From the IMG/VR virus record IMGVR_UViG_3300007516_000009: 61,411 nt of DNA, one strand, 5' to 3'. Positions 36,394 to 44,084 of this stretch are shown here, piece by piece. The translations under genes were made by a program, and so were the position numbers. Under the pieces are notes generated by a model. It saw nothing but the letters and a program-made list of their open reading frames with translations, ran no database searches and was not told where the DNA came from. The stretch comes from an uncultured virus (IMG/VR IMGVR_UViG_3300007516_000009) (taxonomy: Duplodnaviria > Heunggongvirae > Uroviricota > Caudoviricetes). Each line of letters starts with the position of its first letter. Position 1 is the first letter of the stretch.

Positions 36394-36470
36394 TGGTGCG
36401 GCGCCCCAGAATCGAACTGGATTTGCGTTGATTTACAGTCAAGACGAGATGCCAACCTCTCCCGCGCCGC
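36394..36470 (-). tRNA. tRNA-Tyr(GUA), short variable loop
   Basis: Loop CT-GTA-AA, ACCA end. Confidence 0.82.
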
Positions 36471-36545
36471 GATTAAACATATTTACGGTGTTGTTTGATT
36501 GGCCAGCTTTCGATCACCGGCATCGTTAATATTATTTTTAAAAAA

Positions 36546-36623
36546 TGGTCGGCGTGAGAGGATTCGAACCTCCGACCTCTCCGCTCCAAACGGAGCGCTC
36601 TAACCAAACTGAGCTACACGCCG
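36546..36623 (-). tRNA. tRNA-Pro(UGG)
   Basis: CTCCG-TT-TGG-AG-CGGAG. Confidence 0.95.
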
Positions 36624-36631
36624 ATAAAAAA

Positions 36632-36707
36632 TGGGGTGACTACCGGGAATTAAACCCAGGTCCAACGCATTCACAGTGCGTTATGCTATCACTACACTAT
36701 AGCCACC
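36632..36707 (-). tRNA. tRNA-His(GUG)
   Basis: Loop CT-GTG-AA, encoded G-1 and C73. Confidence 0.88.
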
Positions 36708-36717
36708 ATAGAATTGT

Positions 36718-36814
36718 TGGCGGATGGCGTAGGATTCGAACCCACACACCCCGAGAGGGGTTTACGGTTTTCAAGACCGCAGCCGTTACCCAGAATCTTT
36801 CGGCTTAGCCATCC
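36718..36814 (-). tRNA. tRNA-Ser(UGA)
   Basis: CGGT-CT-TGA-AA-ACCG, long variable arm. Confidence 0.9.
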
Positions 36815-36829
36815 GTATTTTGGTAGAAT

Positions 36830-36906
36830 TGGCTCCTCCTCGTGGTGTCGAACCACGCTCGAACACTGGTTAACAGCCAGCCGGCACGCCCCGTGCCTTA
36901 GGAGGA
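36830..36906 (-). tRNA. tRNA-Asn(GUU)
   Basis: GCTGG-CT-GTT-AA-CCAGT. Confidence 0.85.
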
Positions 36907-36922
36907 ATAAACTATATGTAAT

Positions 36923-36996
36923 TGGGACCGGCGGTCGGAGTCGAACCGAGCAACTTCGCGCGTATGAAGCGCAAATGAGTAGCCAACTCTACTGGC
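36923..36996 (-). tRNA. Degenerate tRNA(CAU)
   Basis: Loop TT-CAT-AC, T arm and CCA present; weak acceptor stem. Confidence 0.55.
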
Positions 36997-37114
36997 ATAA
37001 TAAGCTGGGAACAACCCTCCGTTGCGTTAACCCTTGGAGTCGATGTTCGGTTGAACTCGATAATCCTCAGCGCCCATCACTCGCCAGTCCCCATGAGTGA
37101 TCCTTATTTGATAT

Positions 37115-37189
37115 TGGGAGCGCAGGCCGGAATCGAACCGGCGACCATTTGGGTATGAGCCAAATAAGCTACCACTGCTACACCGCGCA
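37115..37189 (-). tRNA. Initiator-like tRNA-Met(CAU)
   Basis: 1:72 mismatch, fMet-like D arm, loop CT-CAT-AC. Confidence 0.85.
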
Positions 37190-37358
37190 ATAATTATGTC
37201 TGGCCGCGGTTAAACCCCCGCCAGCACTAGAGATATACCCCAGCTTTTGTCAATTATCGGTTTTTAATTTCTGTGTTATCTCCACAGATTTGATCCCCGA
37301 TCCCGCCCATTCGGTTTTTTAGAGTGGTCCAGCAGTCTCGTTCCGCATTCCACTTCTT

Positions 37359-37390
37359 AAAGAAAAAGCCCTCTAGTTTCCTTGAGGGCT
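37359..37390 (-). terminator. Intrinsic terminator of the putative tRNA-operon attenuator
   Basis: AGCCCTC-AAGGAAACTA-GAGGGCT-TTTTCTTT. Confidence 0.85.
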
Positions 37391-37414
37391 GCTACACGAA
37401 TATTTTATTCTTCG

Positions 37415-37519
37415 TTAATGTAGCAGCTTAGTACCTAGCGTATCAATTTCTCTATAATCACCCGATGTAATTTTCGAGAAATTGGCTTGTTCTATCATCC
37501 AGTTCGCTGAGGGCTTCAT
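37415..37519 (-). CDS. Putative leader peptide (34 aa)
   Basis: MKPSANWMIEQANFSKITSGDYREIDTLGTKLLH*, between promoter and terminator. Confidence 0.6.
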   Translation of the reverse strand: MKPSANWMIEQANFSKITSGDYREIDTLGTKLLH

Positions 37520-37546
37520 TCTTTATTCCGTTAGTTTAGAGTTTGT

Positions 37547-37575
37547 ATTATACCTTTATTTATACCATATGTCAA
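37547..37575 (-). promoter_or_regulatory. Nested early and late promoters for the tRNA operon
   Basis: TTGACA-17bp-TATAAT with TATAAATA (37557-37564) inside the spacer. Confidence 0.88.
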
Positions 37576-37648
37576 TATATTTCTCACGTTTTTTAGCTTT
37601 TTTCGCCAGTTACGCACCTTCTGGACTTTTCCTTCCGCCCGGAGCGCG

Positions 37649-37861
37649 TCATGTCGCCTTAACGACGCGCAGACTGATTGCGTGAGCGATAAGTGCTTCG
37701 GTCCACTCTTTGCCGATGTCGCGCAATTGTTCATCGGTCAGGTCGCCGATTGATGTTTTGGCGGCCTCTTTGAATCCGTCCTGCCGTCGCCCCGGCTCGG
37801 TTTCGTGAATGATAAAATTCGGCACCTTTGGCACCATCAGTTTTGTTTCAATTGTCGCCAT
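37649..37861 (-). CDS. Hypothetical protein (island)
   Basis: MATIETKLMVPKVPNFI; AAGGA RBS. Confidence 0.7.
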   Translation of the reverse strand: MATIETKLMVPKVPNFIIHETEPGRRQDGFKEAAKTSIGDLTDEQLRDIGKEWTEALIAHAISLRVVKAT

Positions 37862-37887
37862 GTTCGTTCCTTTCCGCCCGCAGGCTC

Positions 37888-38109
37888 CTATTCGACAGTC
37901 TTGATTACGGCCCGCACAGCGCGGTCCCCGCTCTCCCGGCACTTCCGCCAAGCCGCCTTTTGCGCGGCGTCCAGAGGGCCGGTGTGGTACGGGTGCCGCG
38001 TGTCGAAAAGCTCATGAACGTGGGTCGCGATGGCGTCCCTTCGGGTGATCCACCAGCCCGTGTAAATGCCGCCCGAATACGCGATTACCCATCCTGTCTC
38101 CTTGTTCAT
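37888..38109 (-). CDS. Hypothetical protein (island)
   Basis: GGAGG RBS. Confidence 0.7.
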   Translation of the reverse strand: MNKETGWVIAYSGGIYTGWWITRRDAIATHVHELFDTRHPYHTGPLDAAQKAAWRKCRESGDRAVRAVIKTVE

Positions 38110-38122
38110 TGGTCCCTCCAAT

Positions 38123-38446
38123 TCAGGAATAATTATTCAGTGTCCATGCGTCCCAATCGAATCCGCAGTCGCATTTCTGCGGCCACACGGATTCACCGGG
38201 CTTGCTGAACAGGTCTGCCATGCGAACCATTTTGCATTCCGGGCAGGCCGGCTCTTGAACGGTGACGATGGTTCCGGGCGGGAATGTCTTCGGATCGAGC
38301 GTTAGAGGGTCGAAACCCGGCCCGCTGTCTCTGTCGCCCACACAATACGACTGCCATGCGTGCTCGATCTCGTCGCAGCCGGGGCCGCCGTAGCAGGATG
38401 GTTCCAGCACGGCACGCATTGTTTCGAGTGTTTTGATATCGGTCAT
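38123..38446 (-). CDS. Cys-rich hypothetical protein (island)
   Basis: CPEC..CDCG; GGAGG RBS. Confidence 0.72.
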   Translation of the reverse strand: MTDIKTLETMRAVLEPSCYGGPGCDEIEHAWQSYCVGDRDSGPGFDPLTLDPKTFPPGTIVTVQEPACPECKMVRMADLFSKPGESVWPQKCDCGFDWDAWTLNNYS

Positions 38447-38688
38447 TTCACCCTCCTGCTACGTCGTCGTAAAAATAACGACGACGGTTAAAATGGCCGC
38501 AGCGAACCCCGCCGCGAACGCGAGCGTATGGGTTGCAATCAGTGCTGCTCTCATGTCTCGTTACTCCGGTTGGCCCGCGAAATCGGCGCGCGGGAACTTG
38601 TCTATCTCCGACATGAACGCGGACTTCCAGCCGAGCGGGTGCCAGGCAACCTCGGACGCGCCAATGCCGGAACAAACGGAACCGAAAA

Positions 38689-38928
38689 TCATTCCGTTTC
38701 TCCCGTATCAGCGAGCCGCCGCCGGATCACCTGTATTTTTTCCTCGGTCGTCATGGGCCGCTCGAAAAGCTGCCTGTGAATGGACTCGAGCAGGTCGCAA
38801 CCCGGGCAAATGCTGGGCAGGCCAAGCCGCCGCCAATCCGCGCACACCTCGAAATTGTCCGGCCCGACGGTGTTGGCGGCATTCCGCACCCGCGCGACCG
38901 CCTCTCTCATGTCCTCGGGTATGGGCAT
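38689..38928 (-). CDS. Hypothetical protein (island)
   Basis: GAGG RBS, CPGC motif. Confidence 0.55.
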   Translation of the reverse strand: MPIPEDMREAVARVRNAANTVGPDNFEVCADWRRLGLPSICPGCDLLESIHRQLFERPMTTEEKIQVIRRRLADTGETE

Positions 38929-39128
38929 CACCTCACCCTTCCGCTGAGCGCGGCGTCGGCGTTCATCTTGTCGATTCCCCTCCGAACCGTCTCCGGGTCG
39001 ACGCCCGGCGCGAGCCAGAACGCCTTGCGGACCCACCCCACGGCGCGCCGCACGGCCGAGCGCCGCGCCGTGCGCTCGGCGGGCGTGATCGTCTCGGGGT
39101 AGCGCCGCAGGGCGGCGCGGGGGTCGTG

Positions 39129-39470
39129 TCAGGCTTCGGCATTGTGTTTCTCCTTCGCGTCATGGTGCATGCAGATCGTTCGCGCGTACCCGGCGATATC
39201 GACCAGGCTGTCGAGGTGGTCCGGCGTCTGGATCAACCGGGCGATCTTTACCGCGATCACCGAGAGCGCGTGGCGCACCACCGGATCGGGGCAGTTGTTA
39301 ATGACCGCGATCATCTCCTGCGCCCGCGTGAAATCCACGGTCGGCGGGCCGTAGTCCGACCCTCGCCGCTGCGTGATCGTCGCCAGTTCGTCGTCGAAGC
39401 GATCCGCGAGGCCGACCCGATCCGGGGGCTTGTGGAGTTGAGAGATCCGAATGCCATCAGTAGACCACAT
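39129..39470 (-). CDS. DUF6378-like phage protein
   Basis: RGSDYGPP..DF..VKIARL..DHLDSLVDIAGYA; start uncertain. Confidence 0.75.
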   Translation of the reverse strand: MWSTDGIRISQLHKPPDRVGLADRFDDELATITQRRGSDYGPPTVDFTRAQEMIAVINNCPDPVVRHALSVIAVKIARLIQTPDHLDSLVDIAGYARTICMHHDAKEKHNAEA

Positions 39471-39708
39471 CGACCGGCGGGCCATCGGCGCGCGCCGCCA
39501 ACTCGTTGCGCAACGCCCGGATATCGTCGTTGAGTTCCTCGATCAGGTCGTCCTGGTTCTCCGGCTCACTGTCGCGCCCGGTCTGGAGTTCCTCCAGCAC
39601 GGCGACGAGCCACGGCAGGCTCTTGCCGAACGCCAGTTGCAGGCTGAGCAGGTCGGTATCCCCAACCGGCGTGAGGTCCAGAACAGGGTTGTAATTAATC
39701 GTGGTCAT
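39457..39708 (-). CDS. Hypothetical coiled-coil protein (island)
   Basis: AAGGAG RBS. Confidence 0.65.
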   Translation of the reverse strand: MTTINYNPVLDLTPVGDTDLLSLQLAFGKSLPWLVAVLEELQTGRDSEPENQDDLIEELNDDIRALRNELAARADGPPVDVVY

Positions 39709-39958
39709 GGCCGGCTTCTCCTTGATTGCTTGTGACGGTTGGCGGTTCATGCTGCGGTCCTCTATTTGTCCGATTTCTCGCGCGCTTCACGATAGAGACG
39801 ATCCTGATGTTCGCGGTGGCCCCGCTCACGTAGCACTCGCGCCGTCAGTGCAGTCATGCTCGTCGCTTGGAATGCGTGCCCCCACGGATCGGTTCCTCCG
39901 ATGACGGGCTGATGCACACCCGCTGTTTCGGGGTATCCACACTTGGCGCAACAGATCA

Positions 39959-40219
39959 TCATATCCATCCGTTTTGAAATGCCGCGTAGATAGCGGCGGC
40001 GGTGAGGGCTGTTGTGTAGCAGGGCAAAATATCTCGCCAAGCGCCTGTGCGAGACCGCGCCAGAACCGCCACCCATTCCTCGCCGTGGCGGTTCACAAGC
40101 TCGCGAACCTGTGTGTTTACGGCTTCATGGCGGAAATCGACAGCAGCCGCGATTGCAACATCCATTCCCCGGCTTCCCTCGGTCGCTGCTTCCAGCCGTG
40201 CGGCAAGGTCTTGCATCAC
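39959..40219 (-). CDS. Hypothetical protein, possibly truncated (island)
   Basis: LAARLEAATEGSR.MD.AI..PCYTT motif typical of small temperate-phage genes. Confidence 0.55.
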   Translation of the reverse strand: MMQDLAARLEAATEGSRGMDVAIAAAVDFRHEAVNTQVRELVNRHGEEWVAVLARSRTGAWRDILPCYTTALTAAAIYAAFQNGWI

Positions 40220-40548
40220 TTCCCCTCCGGGTTAGCGCGCCGCAGGGCGGCGCGGGCATCCGCGAGCGCGCCTCGGTAGTCCCGCAACATCATGTCGAAC
40301 ATCCGATCTGAAGGTGCCGCCTTCTTCGCGGCCTTACCTCCGTGCTCCAGCAGGCTGATGGCCGCCGCCAGACTTGCCGCAGAACCAATCAGCACCTCGC
40401 TCAGCGCGTCGATGGTGTCGGCTGCGTCGAGACATGCATTGCTGTGGCGGTCCCATACGGTCAGGCTGCCGTAAGCGACGCACGCCAGCTCTTGCGTCGT
40501 CCCCCGCAGCCGCTCCGCGATCCCCTTCGTCGCTTTCAGTTCGGTCAT
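40216..40548 (-). CDS. Hypothetical protein (island)
   Basis: IAERLR..AADTIDAL; AGGAG RBS. Confidence 0.7.
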   Translation of the reverse strand: MTELKATKGIAERLRGTTQELACVAYGSLTVWDRHSNACLDAADTIDALSEVLIGSAASLAAAISLLEHGGKAAKKAAPSDRMFDMMLRDYRGALADARAALRRANPEGK

Positions 40549-41080
40549 GGCTGGTTACTCCTTATCCCTTCATCGAGCATCTGCGTCAGCCGCTCGTTCT
40601 GCGCGCCCCATGCGGCATCCCGTGCGGCGCCCCGTGCGGCGTCGCGCAAACTCTCGTCGCCTGTCGTCAAGTACTTAACCACGACCGGATGCGCGCCCCA
40701 CAGGTGGGTCACGTCGAGAGCGCAGGACCGCGCGAAAACCCGAAGAGTGTCGGACACGTCGATACCCCCCGCGTCGTAGGTCCGACAAGATGCCACGTGT
40801 TTGTCGCCGTTCCGCACAACCTCGCCGGAGAGCGTCACGCGCCAGACGATTCCGCCGGGGGCGTATTGGAGCGCGTCGAGTGCGTTGACGCTCGCATGTA
40901 GCCCGCGCCTGCAAGGGACGATGGGCGGCTCAACCTCGTGGGTGACGCCCAGCGCGATCTTGCGGCCGTCGCCGTTTGCCAACTCGAAACCCCTCGAGAA
41001 GAACCACGCCTTGATGTTGTCGGTCATGGCTGGTTACTCCTTATCGCTTCATCGAGCATCTGCGTCAGCCGCTCGTTCTG
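40541..41080. repeat. 61-bp direct repeat (40541-40601 and 41020-41080, one mismatch)
   Basis: TCGGTCATGGCTGGTTACTCCTTATC[C/G]CTTCATCGAGCATCTGCGTCAGCCGCTCGTTCTG. Confidence 0.92.
40545..41027 (-). CDS. Phage protein with AARD/AAWG tetrapeptide tail (island)
   Basis: PCRRGLHAS..ALQYA..DKHVA..FARSCAL..YLTTGDESLRDAARGAARDAAWGAQ. Confidence 0.75.
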   Translation of the reverse strand: MTDNIKAWFFSRGFELANGDGRKIALGVTHEVEPPIVPCRRGLHASVNALDALQYAPGGIVWRVTLSGEVVRNGDKHVASCRTYDAGGIDVSDTLRVFARSCALDVTHLWGAHPVVVKYLTTGDESLRDAARGAARDAAWGAQNERLTQMLDEGIRSNQP

Positions 41081-41199
41081 TGCGGCCCGTGCGGCGGCCC
41101 ATGCCTCGGCCAATGCGTCTCTTGCTTGCATCGTCGTTCCCCTCCGCCCGTAGGCTCGTAGGTTCGTCTGTTACGCTTCTTTTCGGCTTTCAGAATCTC

Positions 41200-41496
41200 T
41201 TAATTTAGATACCTACTTTGCTCAAAAATGCTTGGAAGCTGAACGAGATACCCGTCGAATACGCATAGACGATTTATCTTTATTCCAAGAATTTCGCCGG
41301 TGTACATCAGTCGTCTCCGGCCAGATGCTACGCCAAGATCCGTAGGCGCCGCCGCCGAGATACCTAGACTTGGGTTATCAGATATCAGCTTATCGCATGC
41401 TATCTTCGCTGAATGTGCGGTAGGAAGCATCCCGTGAATCCAATACCCGCTTACCACGGCGGCGATGGCGAGCACTATAAGTTTTTTTGATATCAT
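41200..41496 (-). CDS. Hypothetical exported protein
   Basis: Signal-peptide-like N-terminus. Confidence 0.65.
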   Translation of the reverse strand: MISKKLIVLAIAAVVSGYWIHGMLPTAHSAKIACDKLISDNPSLGISAAAPTDLGVASGRRRLMYTGEILGIKINRLCVFDGYLVQLPSIFEQSRYLN

Positions 41497-41825
41497 TAGA
41501 CTGTCCTTTTTCTGAACACGGCTGCATTAGAAAAGTTGCCGAGAACCTCAATTTCGTAGTCCTCATTTTCGATCTGAACGATCACGCCGGCGACCAGCTG
41601 CTCTTGCGAAGCCAGCCGGATATTCTCGTTTTTGTCGGCATTAGAGTAATCTGACTTCATCTCCCCTCCGCGCTGTAGGGCCCAATAAATGCCATCATCT
41701 TTCTTTTCGTAATTCTGCATCAACGAGCATTTGATGCTCGTGAATGAATCTTTTTTCCGGCCAGGAACCATTATTTCGAATGTGTTAACCTGGTCGAAGG
41801 AACCGGCGGATTTTACGAGCTTCAT
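41496..41825 (-). CDS. Hypothetical protein
   Basis: AAGGA RBS; TTGACA promoter at about 41870-41898. Confidence 0.72.
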   Translation of the reverse strand: MKLVKSAGSFDQVNTFEIMVPGRKKDSFTSIKCSLMQNYEKKDDGIYWALQRGGEMKSDYSNADKNENIRLASQEQLVAGVIVQIENEDYEIEVLGNFSNAAVFRKRTV

Positions 41826-42096
41826 TTCGAATTATCCTTGGTTGATTTGGTATTTGTCACCATAAGACAAATATATACGGTTCAGATGCCAATGTCAACA
41901 TTTATTTTTTGTCCGAACTTGATATTATCCGGTCGTACCAGTTTTCTTGCGCTTCGATGAGTTAGACACATGATAGTCACTGATACTATCCTGCAATAAT
42001 TTCCTAAGAACAGCGGTCACGTCTGTGCACTCATTTTTTTTGTTCATCATTCGTTCCTTGCTAGTCAATCCCGGTCTGGTTATAACCACGTTATCT

Positions 42097-42621
42097 TCAC
42101 GCGGCGGCCGGCCCATGTAATCCCAATACGACTTCCCCTGCATTAAACCACTCTGGTATTGCTCTGCTCTTCCACTTTGCAAAGTCTGATTTTTCTACTA
42201 TGTAGTACTTCTGATAAGCAAGCACCGTGTCATTACCTTTGCACTCTTCGGGCATACACTGGGGTGGATCACTAAAGAATGTCTCGAAATCCATATTCTT
42301 GGGAGACTTAAACAATGGTACAATCAGACGTTCTGTAGCATGGTGTTTTCCATACCGATAAGTGTACTCTACCATGAGAGCAACCATATAGTCATACAAC
42401 CACGTATAATTTTGCAAACTGGAACGAACCCAGATTGTACTTGGATGATTCTTGTGAGCCAGTTTATACAGACCCCTACGATCAGCATACTCATCCCCAT
42501 CAAGAACACGATGCGCTGTAGAGAGCATTTGTGCGCTCTCTAGGATCATCTTTATACAATGTTTATCACAACTCATCTGTGCAGCAATAACTGGGTCACG
42601 GTCTAGATAAAAGATGTTCAC
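42097..42621 (-). CDS. Pyrimidine-dimer DNA glycosylase (DenV/Pyr_excise-like)
   Basis: NIFYLD.DP..AQ..CDKH..KMILESAQML..HKNHP..W..PQCMP; GTG start after GGAGG. Confidence 0.88.
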   Translation of the reverse strand: MNIFYLDRDPVIAAQMSCDKHCIKMILESAQMLSTAHRVLDGDEYADRRGLYKLAHKNHPSTIWVRSSLQNYTWLYDYMVALMVEYTYRYGKHHATERLIVPLFKSPKNMDFETFFSDPPQCMPEECKGNDTVLAYQKYYIVEKSDFAKWKSRAIPEWFNAGEVVLGLHGPAAA

Positions 42622-42821
42622 AACAAATCCTCCAAATATAATCCTGGTTCGCGTAGATAAGCTTATTCTACACCAATTGCACAGGGTTTGCAAAACTTTC
42701 AAACCTACTTTCTAAATCTGATAATTTATCACGCAGCTCTTCATTTTCACATTCAAGTTCATTAACTCTATCTTCAAGTTCACTCATTTTATTTTCTCCA
42801 TCGTATTCATAATAGCGCTCA

Positions 42822-43052
42822 TCATTCGTTCCTTGTATCATCTAACAGTAACAGTTTGTCTTTTTTTTCGCCAACGGTCAAAACTCGATCAGACTCAATC
42901 ATGTCAATAATTATCGTAGTAATACTAACTTCTGTATTCAATACGGCAATCTTTCGTGTTAATCTATCTAATGACTGTTTGTAGTACTCTATCTCTTGCT
43001 GTTTTCTAAACCTAGTCTCGATAAGCTCTGTTAGTGATATTATTTCAACCAT
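42822..43052 (-). CDS. Hypothetical coiled-coil protein
   Basis: 76 aa ORF. Confidence 0.65.
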   Translation of the reverse strand: MVEIISLTELIETRFRKQQEIEYYKQSLDRLTRKIAVLNTEVSITTIIIDMIESDRVLTVGEKKDKLLLLDDTRNE

Positions 43053-43081
43053 GATAAGATCTTTCCGCCAGTGGACTTTAA

Positions 43082-43333
43082 CTATATATTAGTTCTGAAT
43101 TTAAAGTCGACTGCAATAACAACTTTACCAGACTTGAAATATATAGATTCTGTCGGAAAATCAAGTTCTACTGGAATATCAAGCTTTAATTTATGCGTAA
43201 TATCTGCGGTGATTTTGTCAAGGTCTGCTCTGGTTTTCGGTAAATCGAATAGAACCGTCTTCGTGATAGTTTGCTGATGCGTATAAAAGACAATTTCTAG
43301 CACATCATACATATCTTTCATTTGGTACTCCAA
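43082..43333 (-). CDS. Hypothetical protein
   Basis: 83 aa ORF in operon. Confidence 0.55.
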   Translation of the reverse strand: MEYQMKDMYDVLEIVFYTHQQTITKTVLFDLPKTRADLDKITADITHKLKLDIPVELDFPTESIYFKSGKVVIAVDFKFRTNI

Positions 43334-43339
43334 TTCATT

Positions 43340-43678
43340 TCAGCTCGAATTCGAGATTTCATAACCGAACTTCCTCGCATGAGTAACAAATTTTGAGAAA
43401 TTCGAGCCATGATCTACTTTATAGCCGTTTAGTATCTGATATAAATGAACCATTTCGTGACATATCGTTTCTCTAAATTCTGTTTTATTCGGAAAGAAAG
43501 TTCGAATTCCGAATATGATTTTCCTATCTTCCTCAAAGCAAAAACCGTATTCCGTATCCATGTCCGAAATATCCAAAATATCAATATCAGATAGGTCTAA
43601 CAGCCCATCGAATACTTCGGCGCTGATTTTGGAAAATGCTTCTTCGACCTTCGGTGCGGACGCCTTGTACATAACCAA
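43340..43678 (-). CDS. SprT-like zincin protein
   Basis: TICHEMVHLYQ (HExxH) and HGSNF. Confidence 0.8.
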   Translation of the reverse strand: MVMYKASAPKVEEAFSKISAEVFDGLLDLSDIDILDISDMDTEYGFCFEEDRKIIFGIRTFFPNKTEFRETICHEMVHLYQILNGYKVDHGSNFSKFVTHARKFGYEISNSS

Positions 43679-43791
43679 TCCTATCTTATTGAGATTGGAT
43701 TATACCATAAAAACTTAAAATGTACATAATTTTGTTGACACATTAGTTTTAATAATATAATATGTAATTACGGTGAAATTGAGGAACACAA

Positions 43792-44040
43792 ATGACCGAC
43801 ACATATAAAGAGCTTGTTTACCGATACCGGGTGGTCCGGCACGAAGAGCTGCCGGAAGAACACAAATCAATTCTGCGCGGGGCCGGCATTAATCCAGACG
43901 ATAAGTGGGACTTGGTTTGTTCTTTTCGCGAAAAGGAAGATGCTCGCCGGTGCATCTGGCAAGAACAAGCGACGGCCGGGCGTTTTCAGACATACGCGCT
44001 GATTGATGAAGGTCATTCAACACGCATTGATCGGCGCTAG
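43792..44040 (+). CDS. Hypothetical early protein
   Basis: Own TTGACA..TATAAT promoter (about 43735-43762), GAGGA RBS. Confidence 0.75.
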   Translation: MTDTYKELVYRYRVVRHEELPEEHKSILRGAGINPDDKWDLVCSFREKEDARRCIWQEQATAGRFQTYALIDEGHSTRIDRR

Positions 44041-44054
44041 TCTCATTCTGAAAG

Positions 44055-44084
44055 AAATGACGGGCTCACTTGGCCCGTCATTTT
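44055..44084. terminator. Hairpin terminator between convergent genes
   Basis: AAATGACGGGC-N7-GCCCGTCATTT. Confidence 0.8.

Larger units (their letters stand above)
37610..41190 (-). mobile_element. High-GC horizontally acquired island of small temperate-phage-like genes
   Basis: Abrupt GC rise, GC3-rich codons, overlapping small ORFs, internal direct repeats; no integrase or transposase seen. Confidence 0.7.

Noticed and set aside
34014..37100. ORFs called across the tRNA cluster
   Set aside because: Most overlap clear tRNA genes and lack RBSs; only 34507-34701 was accepted.
38433..39533. 366-aa plus-strand ORF in the island
   Set aside because: Arg/Pro/Ala-rich antisense frame typical of high-GC DNA; RBS-bearing genes are on the - strand.
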